DNA of 64,000 nt from an uncultured virus (IMG/VR IMGVR_UViG_2916515220_000006) (IMGVR_UViG_2916515220_000006); one strand, 5' to 3'. Counted from the stretch's first letter, positions 20,495 to 30,624 are shown. Program-made: numbers and translations. The notes: generated by a model not told the origin, from the sequence alone.

Positions 20495-21438
20495 GCCCGC
20501 ACCTCGACAGCGATGTTAAGGCTGGTCATCACCGGCACCTTGTAGGCATCGGGCTGGATGACAACCGGCGCGAGGTCGCGCACCCTGATAACGCCGTCAC
20601 CAAATGCCGCCCCCGAAAACAAGGCTTCGGGGATTTCGCCGCCGATCAGGATGCGGGCGGTTGCCGCTGCGGTGACACGTTTTTCCGCTTCCTGCCGGAC
20701 GATATCGGCAGACGGCCCGACAGCCGGAATTTCGAGAACAAGCGAGACCGCATATTCCGTCCGCCCGGCGGCCATGACAGAGATAGCCACAGCTTCCGGC
20801 GCACGGTTCGGGTTCGTTACCGACGCCCGGACTGTATCCAGCTCCAAGGCGGTCGGAAGCCTGCCCATCGGCCCAATGACAACAACATCCGTATCGCCGC
20901 GACGGCCATGCACCGCCCGGCCATTCACCCGCGCATCCCAAAGCCCAAGTGCCTTATCAGCAGATTGCGGCCAAGCCGTCCACGCATCATAGAGGTAGCG
21001 ACCGGCAGAACCGGCGGACGGCAGATCGTAAGACAGGAGATAACGGCGCAATAGCGCGTCATCGCCTTCCATGATCGCCGCCGCGTTCGCGGTGGCAGGA
21101 ACCACGGTCAGGCGGACTATGTTGCGGTTTGCTGCGATGGCGTCCAGATTGGACCCCTTCGCATATGCCGCCAGAAGCGACCGGAACGTGTCATTGACAT
21201 TCTGGCGGTCCAGAAGGCGCAGGTATGACCAAGCTTCACCGACGACGCCCGCCGGGTCTGTTTCGAGATCCTGCACGTCATATTCCGGCAGCGATGGATT
21301 GACCGCCCGCAGGGTGTTCCAGAATGCGAGGAAGCGGACCTTGAATTCGCTGTACAGCGTTTCGAAATCCAGCGGGCTAATCGCATCAGGCAACGGCAGG
21401 CGCGAAACATCAATCGTCGTCGGTGCGTAAATCGCCAT
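20491..21438 (-). CDS. Baseplate J protein
   Basis: IDVSRLPLPDAISPLDFE, AKGSNLDAIAA and EGDDALLRR motifs. Confidence 0.9.
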   Translation of the reverse strand: MAIYAPTTIDVSRLPLPDAISPLDFETLYSEFKVRFLAFWNTLRAVNPSLPEYDVQDLETDPAGVVGEAWSYLRLLDRQNVNDTFRSLLAAYAKGSNLDAIAANRNIVRLTVVPATANAAAIMEGDDALLRRYLLSYDLPSAGSAGRYLYDAWTAWPQSADKALGLWDARVNGRAVHGRRGDTDVVVIGPMGRLPTALELDTVRASVTNPNRAPEAVAISVMAAGRTEYAVSLVLEIPAVGPSADIVRQEAEKRVTAAATARILIGGEIPEALFSGAAFGDGVIRVRDLAPVVIQPDAYKVPVMTSLNIAVEVRA

Positions 21439-21440
21439 GG

Positions 21441-21818
21441 TCACTTGCCCGGATAAATGACGCGGACGCTGGCGCTCTCCGCAATGGAGTAATCGCCGCG
21501 ATGGCCGCGAGGATAATAGGTGCCGAAGATATCGAGCGCGATGACGCCACCGGCATCCGCTTGGGTCACGCGCCCGGCAGTCATTCGGAAGCGCGGTTCC
21601 CATTCGAGGATTGCCGTTGCGGCGGCAGAGTAGAGCGCAAGCACGTTCCGCCGCGTCATCTTGCCGTCGATAAAATCAGGGACATTGCTGCCGAAGGTTC
21701 GGCGCATGACGCGCGAACCTTTCGGCGTTCTCAGAATTTTGCGGATTGATTGCTCCGTATGCGGCCAATCATTCAGCGGTGCGCCGGTCTGACCGTTTAC
21801 GCCGGTTGAGCTTGCCAT
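21441..21818 (-). CDS. Baseplate wedge GPW/gp25
   Basis: QSIRKILRTPKGSRVMRRTFGS and WEPRF motifs. Confidence 0.9.
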   Translation of the reverse strand: MASSTGVNGQTGAPLNDWPHTEQSIRKILRTPKGSRVMRRTFGSNVPDFIDGKMTRRNVLALYSAAATAILEWEPRFRMTAGRVTQADAGGVIALDIFGTYYPRGHRGDYSIAESASVRVIYPGK

Positions 21819-21966
21819 GGGCGCTATCCTCTTTTTCAGGAAGAACGACATTGCCGAAGGGCGGCGCAAGCTCGCGGGCTTCGTCGTCGGTCAGGGGGAT
21901 GATTTCGCCAGCCGACCGCCAGCGCCCGGCGATTTCGCAGCCGGTTCGGACCTTGTAATTTTTCAT
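21769..21966 (-). CDS. Small hypothetical protein
   Basis: MKNYKVRTGCEIAGRW..., with GAGG RBS; between gpV and gpW. Confidence 0.55.
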   Translation of the reverse strand: MKNYKVRTGCEIAGRWRSAGEIIPLTDDEARELAPPFGNVVLPEKEDSAHGKLNRRKRSDRRTAE

Positions 21967-21976
21967 GGGGCGTTCC

Positions 21977-22528
21977 TCAGTCCACAGCGAAGACGTGTTC
22001 CGAGCCTTCGACAATCGGCCACTTGCCCGATGAAGAACCGGACATGACATGTACAAGGTCGCCGATCCGGGCAACGCGCTTGCCGCCGTTACCGCCAAGC
22101 TGCACGTTCGGCGATTCAACAATCACCTTCGGCGACGTGACTTTCGCCTGTTCCGCCGATGCTTCAATAACGGTGTCGCCGATCTTGATATGAAACGGCG
22201 TGTCGCTGTTTTCGCGGGCGTTGTCGTCGCTGTAGGTGGAAAAATCTATCTGCGCATCGGTCATGTCGCCGTTTTCGGAAACAACATCCACCTGCTCGCC
22301 GACGCTGTAGAGGACATCCACCTTGACGCCACCGGCAGCAAGCGTCCGCGCCTTGATCCATGGCGTCAGGTACGGCTTTCCCGCCTGTTCCGACAGCTTG
22401 ACGCGGTATTTGGATTTGTCGTCACTGACTTCGGCAATCGTACCCTTGCGCCGCCGGTTGCGGTTCCGGCGCTCAAGTTCGGCTATGCGAACATAAAGGT
22501 CTGTGATCTGGTCCACCAAACTGGCCAT
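21977..22528 (-). CDS. Baseplate spike/assembly protein V
   Basis: RRKGTIAEV, TPWI, SVGEQVDVVSENGD and VARIGD motifs. Confidence 0.85.
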   Translation of the reverse strand: MASLVDQITDLYVRIAELERRNRNRRRKGTIAEVSDDKSKYRVKLSEQAGKPYLTPWIKARTLAAGGVKVDVLYSVGEQVDVVSENGDMTDAQIDFSTYSDDNARENSDTPFHIKIGDTVIEASAEQAKVTSPKVIVESPNVQLGGNGGKRVARIGDLVHVMSGSSSGKWPIVEGSEHVFAVD

Positions 22529-23274
22529 CAGGGCGATCCCTCGTAAGGCGTGATCAACATGGCGTCGGCCTCGTCATGAATAAGACCGTATCGCCGCATG
22601 GCGGTCTGCAATTCGCTGGCGTTGCCGGACAACTGCGCACGAATGAGAGCAATCTTTTCGGCCATGGAAGGATCATTCGGAACAAGGTCGCTTTCGCATT
22701 TGGCGAGGAACTTGGCGAACGCCGAATCCGGGTTGAGCGGGACACCGCGTAACGGTTCGGCGACCATGCTCGCGGTGATTTTCAGTTGGTGCGCGGCAAG
22801 CCGCACGCCGTTCGTATCGCCGCTGATGCGCGAGCGCGATGCAGATTGAAACGACGAACAGAGAGAGCGGAAGATTTCCGCCCATTCGTTCTCCGGGTCA
22901 TTGAGAGCATCGCCGGTCTGACGAAGCGCCATATCAAGGTGAAACTCAAACGTCGCGTCGGTCGCGGGCATTCCGAGAATAACGCTTTCGTCCGTCTCGG
23001 TATCGGTGACGGCGTGCGCCGTGGTCACGCCAGCTTCAAAAACGATATCGAGTTGCCCCGGCGATGCCAGCGAGCGAAGCTCAAGGCCCTCTATCAATTT
23101 CGAACCGTCCGTGTAGACGGAGATGAAAGGCTTATCTTTATCCGTCCGCAAGGAGCCATCGGCAGCGATATCAAGCACGCCGATTTCGCTGTCCAGCACG
23201 TTGGAACCGACAACCGTGTTTCCCTTGATCGCCTCCACGGCGCAGATGCGGGCAGCAAACCGGATGAAGGACAT
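22528..23274 (-). CDS. Putative tail completion/neck protein
   Basis: 248-aa ORF coupled into the late operon between the head-tail joining gene and gpV. Confidence 0.6.
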   Translation of the reverse strand: MSFIRFAARICAVEAIKGNTVVGSNVLDSEIGVLDIAADGSLRTDKDKPFISVYTDGSKLIEGLELRSLASPGQLDIVFEAGVTTAHAVTDTETDESVILGMPATDATFEFHLDMALRQTGDALNDPENEWAEIFRSLCSSFQSASRSRISGDTNGVRLAAHQLKITASMVAEPLRGVPLNPDSAFAKFLAKCESDLVPNDPSMAEKIALIRAQLSGNASELQTAMRRYGLIHDEADAMLITPYEGSP

Positions 23275-23282
23275 GGAGGCTC

Positions 23283-23660
23283 CTAAAGCTCTTTCAGGGC
23301 GACAGCGATAAGGTTGCTGTGCCGGTCACTGACGAAATCGACCGACCAAGCCGGTTCGCCAGCCCTGTCCATCGCACGCACCCGGTCACCGGATTGAAGC
23401 GCCGGGCCTTGGTATGTCGAGCGGTCAACGAACAGAACGGCATCCGCCGCAGCGAAGCGAACGCGATGAGGGCCGCTAGCGGCATTGCCTGCCGGTCGCG
23501 TTGTGTCGTCTTCCGTGTGAAGGGCCTCGCAGCGGATGACGATCTGCGGGCGTTCCGGGTCCACCCTGCCGTTCGCCATGAACGACAGGCGAACTGTTTC
23601 GCCAAAAGCGCCGCCAACCTTACGGTCAACGGCAGCTTCCAGTTTCCGCCAATCGACCAT
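23283..23660 (-). CDS. Head-tail joining protein (FII-like)
   Basis: AFGETVRL motif; position after the capsid decoration gene. Confidence 0.6.
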   Translation of the reverse strand: MVDWRKLEAAVDRKVGGAFGETVRLSFMANGRVDPERPQIVIRCEALHTEDDTTRPAGNAASGPHRVRFAAADAVLFVDRSTYQGPALQSGDRVRAMDRAGEPAWSVDFVSDRHSNLIAVALKEL

Positions 23661-23661
23661 G

Positions 23662-23985
23662 TTACTGGTCAACCAGCACTTCGCCGAAATCGGACGGGTT
23701 GATTGCATCCGCAGCGGCATAGCCGATCTTCGGACTCGCACCACCGTTGTCAGCGGTTGTTGCTTTAGCGCCATCCCAATAAAGGATTGCACCTTCAGCC
23801 CACCCCTGCGCTTTGGTCTTCGGCAGAGTGAAGAGACCCTTTCGGGCAATATTGACACGCTGACCAGCCTTGGCGGAAAACTCCGCTACGCCGAACAGCT
23901 TGCCGACAAGAACGCCGTCGCCGGAATTGACATCGGCGGGCGCGGTGACTTCCACCGTATCGGCGGGGCCTCGATAATTTTTCAT
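23662..23985 (-). CDS. DUF2190 / capsid cement protein
   Basis: MKNYRGPADTVEVTAPADVNSGDGVLVGKLFGVA signature. Confidence 0.85.
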   Translation of the reverse strand: MKNYRGPADTVEVTAPADVNSGDGVLVGKLFGVAEFSAKAGQRVNIARKGLFTLPKTKAQGWAEGAILYWDGAKATTADNGGASPKIGYAAADAINPSDFGEVLVDQ

Positions 23986-24060
23986 GGTGATCTTCCTTGC
24001 GATCAACGTGAGGGGAAAGGGAGAGCCGGGCGGCTCTCCTAACGAAGTCAGGCGGGCGGC

Positions 24061-25716
24061 TTACGCTTGGCCGGGGTTGTGATAGCCGAAGCGGAAATCG
24101 GTCGCGCCGCAACCGAAGTCGTGTTCCACCGACATGCTGAAACCCTGCGAGCCGAAGGGTTCGTCCATGCGAACGCGCGGAGCCTCGTAACCTTCGAGGT
24201 AACCCCAACGGTAATTGGAGCCGGTCGAAGGATCGGCAAAGAGGTCCCAGGAATTGTCCGCGATCTGCGAGGTTTCCACCAGTTCGAACTTGCCGGAGAA
24301 AATGTTGACGGTGGAGACCGTTGCGGGCGTGATCGACGCCAGCAGCTTTTCGGCTTCGGTCAACTGGTTCGGACCGACCAGCATGATACGTGCCGGGTTT
24401 GCGAGCAACGGCTTACCATCCACAGAGGTTTGCCGACCCATCGATTTGCGGCCTTCGCCGACGCTATCGACCGTGATCGCAGAACCCGCAGCGGCAAGGT
24501 TCTTATGGTCCGCATGGAAGACGGTTTTGCCGTCCGCCAGCTTGCCGTTATACGCGCCGGCATAGAAGGTGACTTCTTCGAAAAGAGCGACCGAAGCCCC
24601 GTAGCTCGTCAACAGTTCGGCGATGGCGCCAAGGTCGTCATTGATGAGCATCTGGCGGCTGACAGTCAACGCGATTGCATAGCTGAACGCCTGCACGGAT
24701 TCCTTGCCTTCGCCGAAGGACCCGAACTTGATCTTGCCGTTTTCCAGAATCTTTTCCAGCATCGGGAAATCGCCGGTCTTGACGATCGTATCCGGGCGGA
24801 AGTCGCGGAAGTTCTTCTTACGGGCAAAGCGCTTGAAGGTCGGCTGCGCCAGCGCGTAGCGCTGTTCCAGCGTGCGATTGACAGCACCTTCGAAAATCAC
24901 CGGGAAATCAGAAGTCGAATGCGCGGCACGGCTGAAGATGTTGTCGATATCGCGGGCATTCAGCATGCGGCGACCGTGGAAATTCACGCAGTCGGCAGCG
25001 ATATCGACCAGACCTTGGCCCATATACTGGCGAGCGGCGGCGGACGGACCTCCCTGCGGGACCGGCGCGCCGAGACCGTACGCCAGAGCTTCCACACGGG
25101 CCGCACGGATGGTGTCGGCTTCGTCGTTGCCGACATGTACGCGAACGCGGCTATCGGTCGGCGCGGCGCGCTCACTGGTCACCAAGTGATCCAGAAGCAA
25201 GCCCCGGAAGCTATCCAGAGGAGTGCCGGAGCGGATATGGTCACGACCGAAGCCCGCTTGCCCGGCACGCTCCGCCAGTTCTTCGATAGCAGTCACACGG
25301 TCGCGTTCGGCACGAACGGCATTCTGCGCAATTGCCTGCGGGTTGCTTTCCGTGGGCGTCGGCGCGTTCCGCTCCGCATTTTCAAGTGCGGTAATCTCGG
25401 CACGGACGCCATCCAGTTCGGCGAGGATCGCAGAATGATCCTTTTCGATGGCGCGGGCGGCTTCATCGGAAAGCCCCTCCACCAGTTCCGCGCGCTTGCT
25501 TTCCGCGCGCGTCGTCAGATCGGTGGCCTTCGCCCGGAGTGCGAGCAGTGCCGGGGTGGCCTGATAGACATGATCCAGCATGCCGCGCGTCTGCACGAAT
25601 GCATCGTGACCGAGCAGCGAGGCCGCGTGGGAAGGGTCGGCGGAAAGAATGGTGAAGGCGAGACCGAAGCAGACGATTGCGGCGACGGTCGCGAAAACAT
25701 ATGCAGCCTTTTTCAT
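24061..25716 (-). CDS. Major capsid protein (Mu gpT-like) with N-terminal scaffold and signal-peptide-like leader
   Basis: HSTSDFPVIF, SRQMLINDDLGAI, YLEGYEAP and VEHDFGCGATDFR motifs. Confidence 0.9.
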   Translation of the reverse strand: MKKAAYVFATVAAIVCFGLAFTILSADPSHAASLLGHDAFVQTRGMLDHVYQATPALLALRAKATDLTTRAESKRAELVEGLSDEAARAIEKDHSAILAELDGVRAEITALENAERNAPTPTESNPQAIAQNAVRAERDRVTAIEELAERAGQAGFGRDHIRSGTPLDSFRGLLLDHLVTSERAAPTDSRVRVHVGNDEADTIRAARVEALAYGLGAPVPQGGPSAAARQYMGQGLVDIAADCVNFHGRRMLNARDIDNIFSRAAHSTSDFPVIFEGAVNRTLEQRYALAQPTFKRFARKKNFRDFRPDTIVKTGDFPMLEKILENGKIKFGSFGEGKESVQAFSYAIALTVSRQMLINDDLGAIAELLTSYGASVALFEEVTFYAGAYNGKLADGKTVFHADHKNLAAAGSAITVDSVGEGRKSMGRQTSVDGKPLLANPARIMLVGPNQLTEAEKLLASITPATVSTVNIFSGKFELVETSQIADNSWDLFADPSTGSNYRWGYLEGYEAPRVRMDEPFGSQGFSMSVEHDFGCGATDFRFGYHNPGQA

Positions 25717-25815
25717 GGCGTGCGGTTCCTTTTGTATTACCGGGCAGGACAAGCGCCGTCGCCCTGCATCCCCGGTGGAAGTCAGGCGGCGAACTGGAAA
25801 AAATTGGAATGAGTG

Positions 25816-26466
25816 TCAGGCGAAGCGGCGTTCGGCTTCGGCCATGCGCATGCGAACGGCCCGAAGGTCGAGACATGCCGCAGACTGGATAGAGAGCGGG
25901 AACGTGGCTTCGCTGGATCGGACCTGCGCGCCGGGATCGGCCGGTACGGTCACAAAAGAAATCTCGTTCGGCGTCCAGCGCTCCACGAAAATCTTTTCGA
26001 CCTCGCCTTTCTTCGCCGCTTCCTCCACCCGGATTTTATCGATGGAATACCCAACCGACACATTCTTGATGATCTTGTCAGAGACCAGCCCGAACATGCG
26101 GTCGGCGGCCAGATCAATTCCGGCCTTCGGGAAACGGATGGTCGCCCACCCTTCGGCTTTCTCGATCCACGCCCGCTCAACAACGGCGATCTGCGAGAAC
26201 GTGGACCAACGGGAATGGCTGTCCAGAACCGGCGCACCCAAATTCATGCGCGACAAGTCCAGCGCCCGTTCGCTGACGACAAGGATTTCATCGAACGGGA
26301 CAGCCGTATCCCATCCGGTATAGCGCAGGCGGCGCACCGCAGCGCCGGTTGTGAAAACCAGCGTAACGGTGCGCGCCTCCGCATCGATAGAACTAACATT
26401 CAGGTCCTGCCCGCGAACCTGCATCGGCAGGGACGCAGGCGCTTTACGCAGTTCAAGTTTCGTCAT
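25816..26466 (-). CDS. Prohead maturation protease (HK97/U35 type)
   Basis: APVLDSH, NVSVGY and WTPNEISFVTVPAD motifs. Confidence 0.9.
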   Translation of the reverse strand: MTKLELRKAPASLPMQVRGQDLNVSSIDAEARTVTLVFTTGAAVRRLRYTGWDTAVPFDEILVVSERALDLSRMNLGAPVLDSHSRWSTFSQIAVVERAWIEKAEGWATIRFPKAGIDLAADRMFGLVSDKIIKNVSVGYSIDKIRVEEAAKKGEVEKIFVERWTPNEISFVTVPADPGAQVRSSEATFPLSIQSAACLDLRAVRMRMAEAERRFA

Positions 26467-28000
26467 CGTCGGGGTCCTTGTCATCGTCTTCCGACTTGTC
26501 GTCGGGCGGGTCGTCTGTTTCGTCCCGCTGCTGCACCTGCCCGGCCTGAGACATCCGCCGGGGGTCGCTGTCGAGAACAAGCTTGCGCTTGTCGATCTTG
26601 GCCGTGTCGGACGCGATTTCGTCCAGCACGTCATCCGGGTTTTCGCCCATTTCGGCGATAACGCTGGACAGCGAGCGGAAGCCGGACCGCACTTCCTTGA
26701 TGCGGGCGTTCACGTCTTTGAGCGGGTCAGCGGAATAGAAGCGCGGCGGCGACCATTCCACGGCAACCTTGGGCGTCTTGATGATGCCAGCGAAGTAGGC
26801 CGCCTCGCAGAACCAGTCCCAAATTGGCTGCAACAGCATCGGAATGATGATTAGCCACTGAACGGCGGACATTGTCCGGCGGAACCCTTCAAGCCCGACC
26901 TTACTGGAAGAGTAGTTTACCTTGTCGAGCCGACCGGACAGAATGGCGTGGGGAACTCGCCAACCTGCGGCAATGGTATGCAGCATCGAGTTCTTGTACG
27001 GATCATAGCTATCCGTCACTGCCGGTTGCGAGAACTCTATGCCCCGACCGCCAACGGCATTGTAGAACATGCCCGGCTCGAATTTTTCGACGCGCCTGCC
27101 GTTTACGTCATAGATGCCGGGTTTGGTTGGGCCATTATCCGCCACAGGCATGCCAAGCGGGTCGGTTTCATCACCGCCAGTCATCACGCCGACGATGCAG
27201 GCTTCCAGCCGCTTGCGTATCAATTCGGACTGTTCGTAAGACGCGAGATCGTAGGTATCCACCATTGACGGCGCGCCCCACGGCGCGCCCATCACCTGCG
27301 TCCGCTTCTTTTCGAAGGCGTGGGCAATGTCTGATGCCGGAACAGGCTTCGAAACAATCGTAGACTTCGGATCAAAAAAGCTGTTGCCGGGATGCGAGCC
27401 GAACATCCAATAGGCGCGTTTCCTGCCGAGAGCATCGAATTCGATACCTTGGATGATCTTGCCGCCATCTGAAAGAATACCTTCCTTGGCGGTGTCAATC
27501 AGGTCAACTTCAAGCACCTGCAATTGAAGCGGGACGGGCAGACCGTCTTCCAGCCTGCGACGGCGGCGGCGAACCAGACCATTCCCGCTTTCAAACATCC
27601 CACGGGTCGCGAGGTTGATGAGGCCGTTGAAGTCAAGATCGCCGTCCGCATCGCAGACCTTACTCCATTCCGCAAAAAGCTTATTGAGCTTTTTGTTTTT
27701 CGAGCGCGGAATAATGCCGTCGCCGATGGCGTGGGTAACGAGTTCATGGACGGCCTTTTCCGCATACGGATTGTTGCGGACGAGATCGCGCATGCGGTCC
27801 CGAAGATTCCGACTGGCGCGCGCAAGTTCTGCGTCCGCCGATGTTGATTGTGCACGCCTGCCGGATTTCAGGCGGCTGGTCTCTGCGCCAGCGTATGCAC
27901 GGGACATGATCTCCAGTGCGGCGCGGTGCTTTACCCGCCGAAGGCCAGCTTCGGGCGAGAAATAGCCAATGGTCCGGTCGAGAACGGTAGCGAGGCCCAT
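26453..28000 (-). CDS. Portal protein, lambda family
   Basis: LRDRMRDLVRNNPYA, GIEFDALGRKRAYW, VNYSS and DPLKD motifs. Confidence 0.93.
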   Translation of the reverse strand: MGLATVLDRTIGYFSPEAGLRRVKHRAALEIMSRAYAGAETSRLKSGRRAQSTSADAELARASRNLRDRMRDLVRNNPYAEKAVHELVTHAIGDGIIPRSKNKKLNKLFAEWSKVCDADGDLDFNGLINLATRGMFESGNGLVRRRRRRLEDGLPVPLQLQVLEVDLIDTAKEGILSDGGKIIQGIEFDALGRKRAYWMFGSHPGNSFFDPKSTIVSKPVPASDIAHAFEKKRTQVMGAPWGAPSMVDTYDLASYEQSELIRKRLEACIVGVMTGGDETDPLGMPVADNGPTKPGIYDVNGRRVEKFEPGMFYNAVGGRGIEFSQPAVTDSYDPYKNSMLHTIAAGWRVPHAILSGRLDKVNYSSSKVGLEGFRRTMSAVQWLIIIPMLLQPIWDWFCEAAYFAGIIKTPKVAVEWSPPRFYSADPLKDVNARIKEVRSGFRSLSSVIAEMGENPDDVLDEIASDTAKIDKRKLVLDSDPRRMSQAGQVQQRDETDDPPDDKSEDDDKDPDDDET

Positions 28001-28194
28001 CAGTCGAGCGCCGCGTAAATGGTGCGGGAGCCGCCCGACCGGGTGGATTTCAGGGCGGCAAGTGCCTCCCTCATTTCTTTGAGAGAGTGATATTCCACCT
28101 CGCGGCGCGTGCCGCCAGAGTGGAATATCACCTTTCGCGCGCCCATTGCGATTGCATCTTCAAGCGCAGCAATTTGATCGTCTGTAGTCGCCAT
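28000..28194 (-). CDS. Head completion protein (lambda gpW-like)
   Basis: QIAALEDAIAMGARKV...VEYHSLKEM; lies between terL and portal. Confidence 0.85.
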   Translation of the reverse strand: MATTDDQIAALEDAIAMGARKVIFHSGGTRREVEYHSLKEMREALAALKSTRSGGSRTIYAALD

Positions 28195-29975
28195 TATGCA
28201 AGCCACTCCGGTTTCGCGATTTCTTGTGTGTAGGTTGCGACCGCCGGTTCCGGCGGTGTCGAAAGTTCGCCCTCGCGGTGCGCCCAATTGGCGTTGACCA
28301 TCTGGCGAGCGGCAAAGGCGTATACTGTGCAGTCAAGCGCTTCATGGCGTCGGCCCGGTACCGGAACGAACTGGCGGCTTGGCTGGCCTCGCAGATAGCG
28401 GACCTCCATCTTTTCGCCCGCAAGCTGCTCGTACCAAACTTCCGGCAAGTCTTTCGAAAACCGAATGGACTTGGGCCGGGCCAGCCTGCCGAATATGTGA
28501 CTCTTGATGCCGTCCACGCCGACGATGAAAAGGCGTCCGCCCTTCACGCTGGTTTTGGAACGCTCAATCCATGGCCGGTTGCCCGCAGCACCCTTGATCG
28601 CCAGAACGCGGCGATTGAAACGCGGGAATGCGAAGCGATAGACCGTTTCCATCGTTTCGCCGTCCGAGCTATCGACGCAAACGGCATCGACCTTGATCTT
28701 GCCGCCAAGTGGATGGTCCCATTGCGTCGTCAGGGCAACATCCAGTTCGGCCCATGTGGTATGGTCATCATAGCGACCCCACACAACGGTATGGCCGAGA
28801 ACATAGGGGATGCCCTCTTTGTCCCAACCGACGAAGGTTGCCTCCAGACGATCATCCTGCACGTCCACGCCGACCGTGATAATCAGGACTTGGACAGGGA
28901 TATTCTCCAGCCCGAAATCTTCGGCGCGGCCCGCAAGCTCGATATCGTCCAGTTCGTCGCCGTCCTCTTTCCACCCTTGGGCAAGGATGGTGTTGACGAA
29001 GGTTTGCAGCGTCGAAGGGTCGTTTTTGACCGTGACGAATTCGCGCGCCAGCCGTCCCCAGGAGGCGTTAGGCAAAAGCGAAATCAGGGCGTTCATGCGG
29101 AAACCGGCATGATCCTTGATTTCCGGTCGAAGAGCGCGCCAGCGGCCATTCGCCACCATGCCCGGCTTATGCCGTTCCTCCACAACAGAACCGCATTCGA
29201 CGCAAACATAATACGCCTTCTCCGGTTCGCCTTCGGGCCAATGGATATCGGCCCATGTGATTTCATGGAAGTGACCGCACTCGGGGCAAGGCACCTCATA
29301 AATTCGCTTGTCCGATTGCTCATAGGCCCGCAACACATGGCTGGTCGCCTCGTAAACAGGCGTCGAACCCATGACAATCTTGCGGTCGGCAAAGGACAGC
29401 GTGCGGCGTTCCGCCAGCAGGATCGGCGACCCTTCCTTCGTCGCATCCATGCCGTCCGCCTCGTCAATGAAGAGGATGCGGACATTGTGACGGCGCAGGT
29501 TGCGCGGTGCCTTGGCGGCAATGACTTTCAAAAAGCCGCCGGGAAAGCGACGGGCAAGAAGGGTGTTGCGTCCACCTTCGCTAGTATCGCCGGTTAAAAG
29601 ACCGCGAAGCGCTGGCGAGGCATCGAAAATCGGTTCAACGTCCGAAACCATATAGTCGCGGCAGTCGGCCTCTGTCGGCAGAAGCGAAAGGATCGGCGAC
29701 GGGTCGTTCGAACAGAAGCTTGCCATGGCGCTTGTCAACAGCGTCGTGAAGCCGACGCGGACCGGCTTGACCAGCGTTACCCGCTCAATCGCGCTATCGC
29801 CAATGGCGTCGGCGATTTCACGCTGCGGGGGCCACAGCCGAACCTTGCCGGTCAGCGATGAAACGCCTTCCGGCAGATGGACGGTATGTTCAATCCATTC
29901 CGACAGCCGAAGTTTCGGCGGCGGCAACAGGCTGTCCCATACCGCTCGCCGCAATGTCGCCAGCGCCGTTGTCAT
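28194..29975 (-). CDS. terL: Terminase large subunit (lambda GpA family)
   Basis: VKPVRVGFT Walker A variant, LFIDEAD Walker B, GSTP, CPEC/CVEC, GVDVQDDRLE and HEALDC motifs. Confidence 0.95.
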   Translation of the reverse strand: MTTALATLRRAVWDSLLPPPKLRLSEWIEHTVHLPEGVSSLTGKVRLWPPQREIADAIGDSAIERVTLVKPVRVGFTTLLTSAMASFCSNDPSPILSLLPTEADCRDYMVSDVEPIFDASPALRGLLTGDTSEGGRNTLLARRFPGGFLKVIAAKAPRNLRRHNVRILFIDEADGMDATKEGSPILLAERRTLSFADRKIVMGSTPVYEATSHVLRAYEQSDKRIYEVPCPECGHFHEITWADIHWPEGEPEKAYYVCVECGSVVEERHKPGMVANGRWRALRPEIKDHAGFRMNALISLLPNASWGRLAREFVTVKNDPSTLQTFVNTILAQGWKEDGDELDDIELAGRAEDFGLENIPVQVLIITVGVDVQDDRLEATFVGWDKEGIPYVLGHTVVWGRYDDHTTWAELDVALTTQWDHPLGGKIKVDAVCVDSSDGETMETVYRFAFPRFNRRVLAIKGAAGNRPWIERSKTSVKGGRLFIVGVDGIKSHIFGRLARPKSIRFSKDLPEVWYEQLAGEKMEVRYLRGQPSRQFVPVPGRRHEALDCTVYAFAARQMVNANWAHREGELSTPPEPAVATYTQEIAKPEWLA

Positions 29976-30624
29976 CGTCCTCGTCACCAAGTTCGGTAAG
30001 CGCCGACCGGATTTCTTGGCCGATCAGATCAACATCGTAAGTCGTGAGGTGCGGGAGCATCTGCCGACAGCGCGAAGGCACCGACAAAACGGCGTTGCGG
30101 ATGCGTCGGCCTATCGAAACCCACTCGTTTCGCACGTCCGTCATCGAAATCAGTTCGCCGCGCATGGCCGCGTTTTTCATGGCCGTCTGGTCGGCCTGTT
30201 CGCGCGCCAGTCTGGCGCGTTCGGCAGTCAGAACATCCGCGCCGTCACCGCCGCGACCGGCGGCAACACCGCGCAAATGCTCACAGTAACGCTGGATAGA
30301 CTGGCGAAGATCGAAGCGATTCCGTTCTGTCTTCACCACGATTCCACGCTCTACGAAATCCGACACCGCCCGCTTGGAAACCTTCAGCAGTTCGGCCAGT
30401 TCGGATGCGGTGATTTCGATATCGAGCGAAGGCTTTTCCGGTTCGGCAGGTGCCGTTTCGGTAAGCAACGGGAGGCTCTCGCCAGCTTCCGCATGTTTCT
30501 TGTGCGATTTGGCCGCGAAACTCGGGCTGACGTTGAACTTTGCCGCCGCCTCCCGAACGGTGTGGCCCTCGTCCATGAAGGCCACGACCTGTTCACGCAA
30601 CTCGTCAGGATAGCTCTTTGCCAT
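29890..30624 (-). CDS. terS: Terminase small subunit (Nu1-like) with an extra N-terminal HTH
   Basis: Winged-HTH ASELAELLKVSKRAV...FDLRQSIQRYCEHLR and coiled coil ERARLAREQAD; upstream of terL. Confidence 0.85.
   Translation of the reverse strand: MAKSYPDELREQVVAFMDEGHTVREAAAKFNVSPSFAAKSHKKHAEAGESLPLLTETAPAEPEKPSLDIEITASELAELLKVSKRAVSDFVERGIVVKTERNRFDLRQSIQRYCEHLRGVAAGRGGDGADVLTAERARLAREQADQTAMKNAAMRGELISMTDVRNEWVSIGRRIRNAVLSVPSRCRQMLPHLTTYDVDLIGQEIRSALTELGDEDDDNGAGDIAASGMGQPVAAAETSAVGMD

Noticed and set aside
13526..29597. Long plus-strand ORFs (for example 13526..15556, 24067..25812, 28224..29597) and other antisense ORFs such as 41218..42747 and 56689..58281
   Set aside because: They are antisense shadows of high-GC, codon-biased real genes and have no motifs or RBS support.
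30490..30624. IS630 insertion sequence
   Set aside because: Only an HTH-like segment in frame with terS; no DDE domain, terminal inverted repeats or TA duplication seen.
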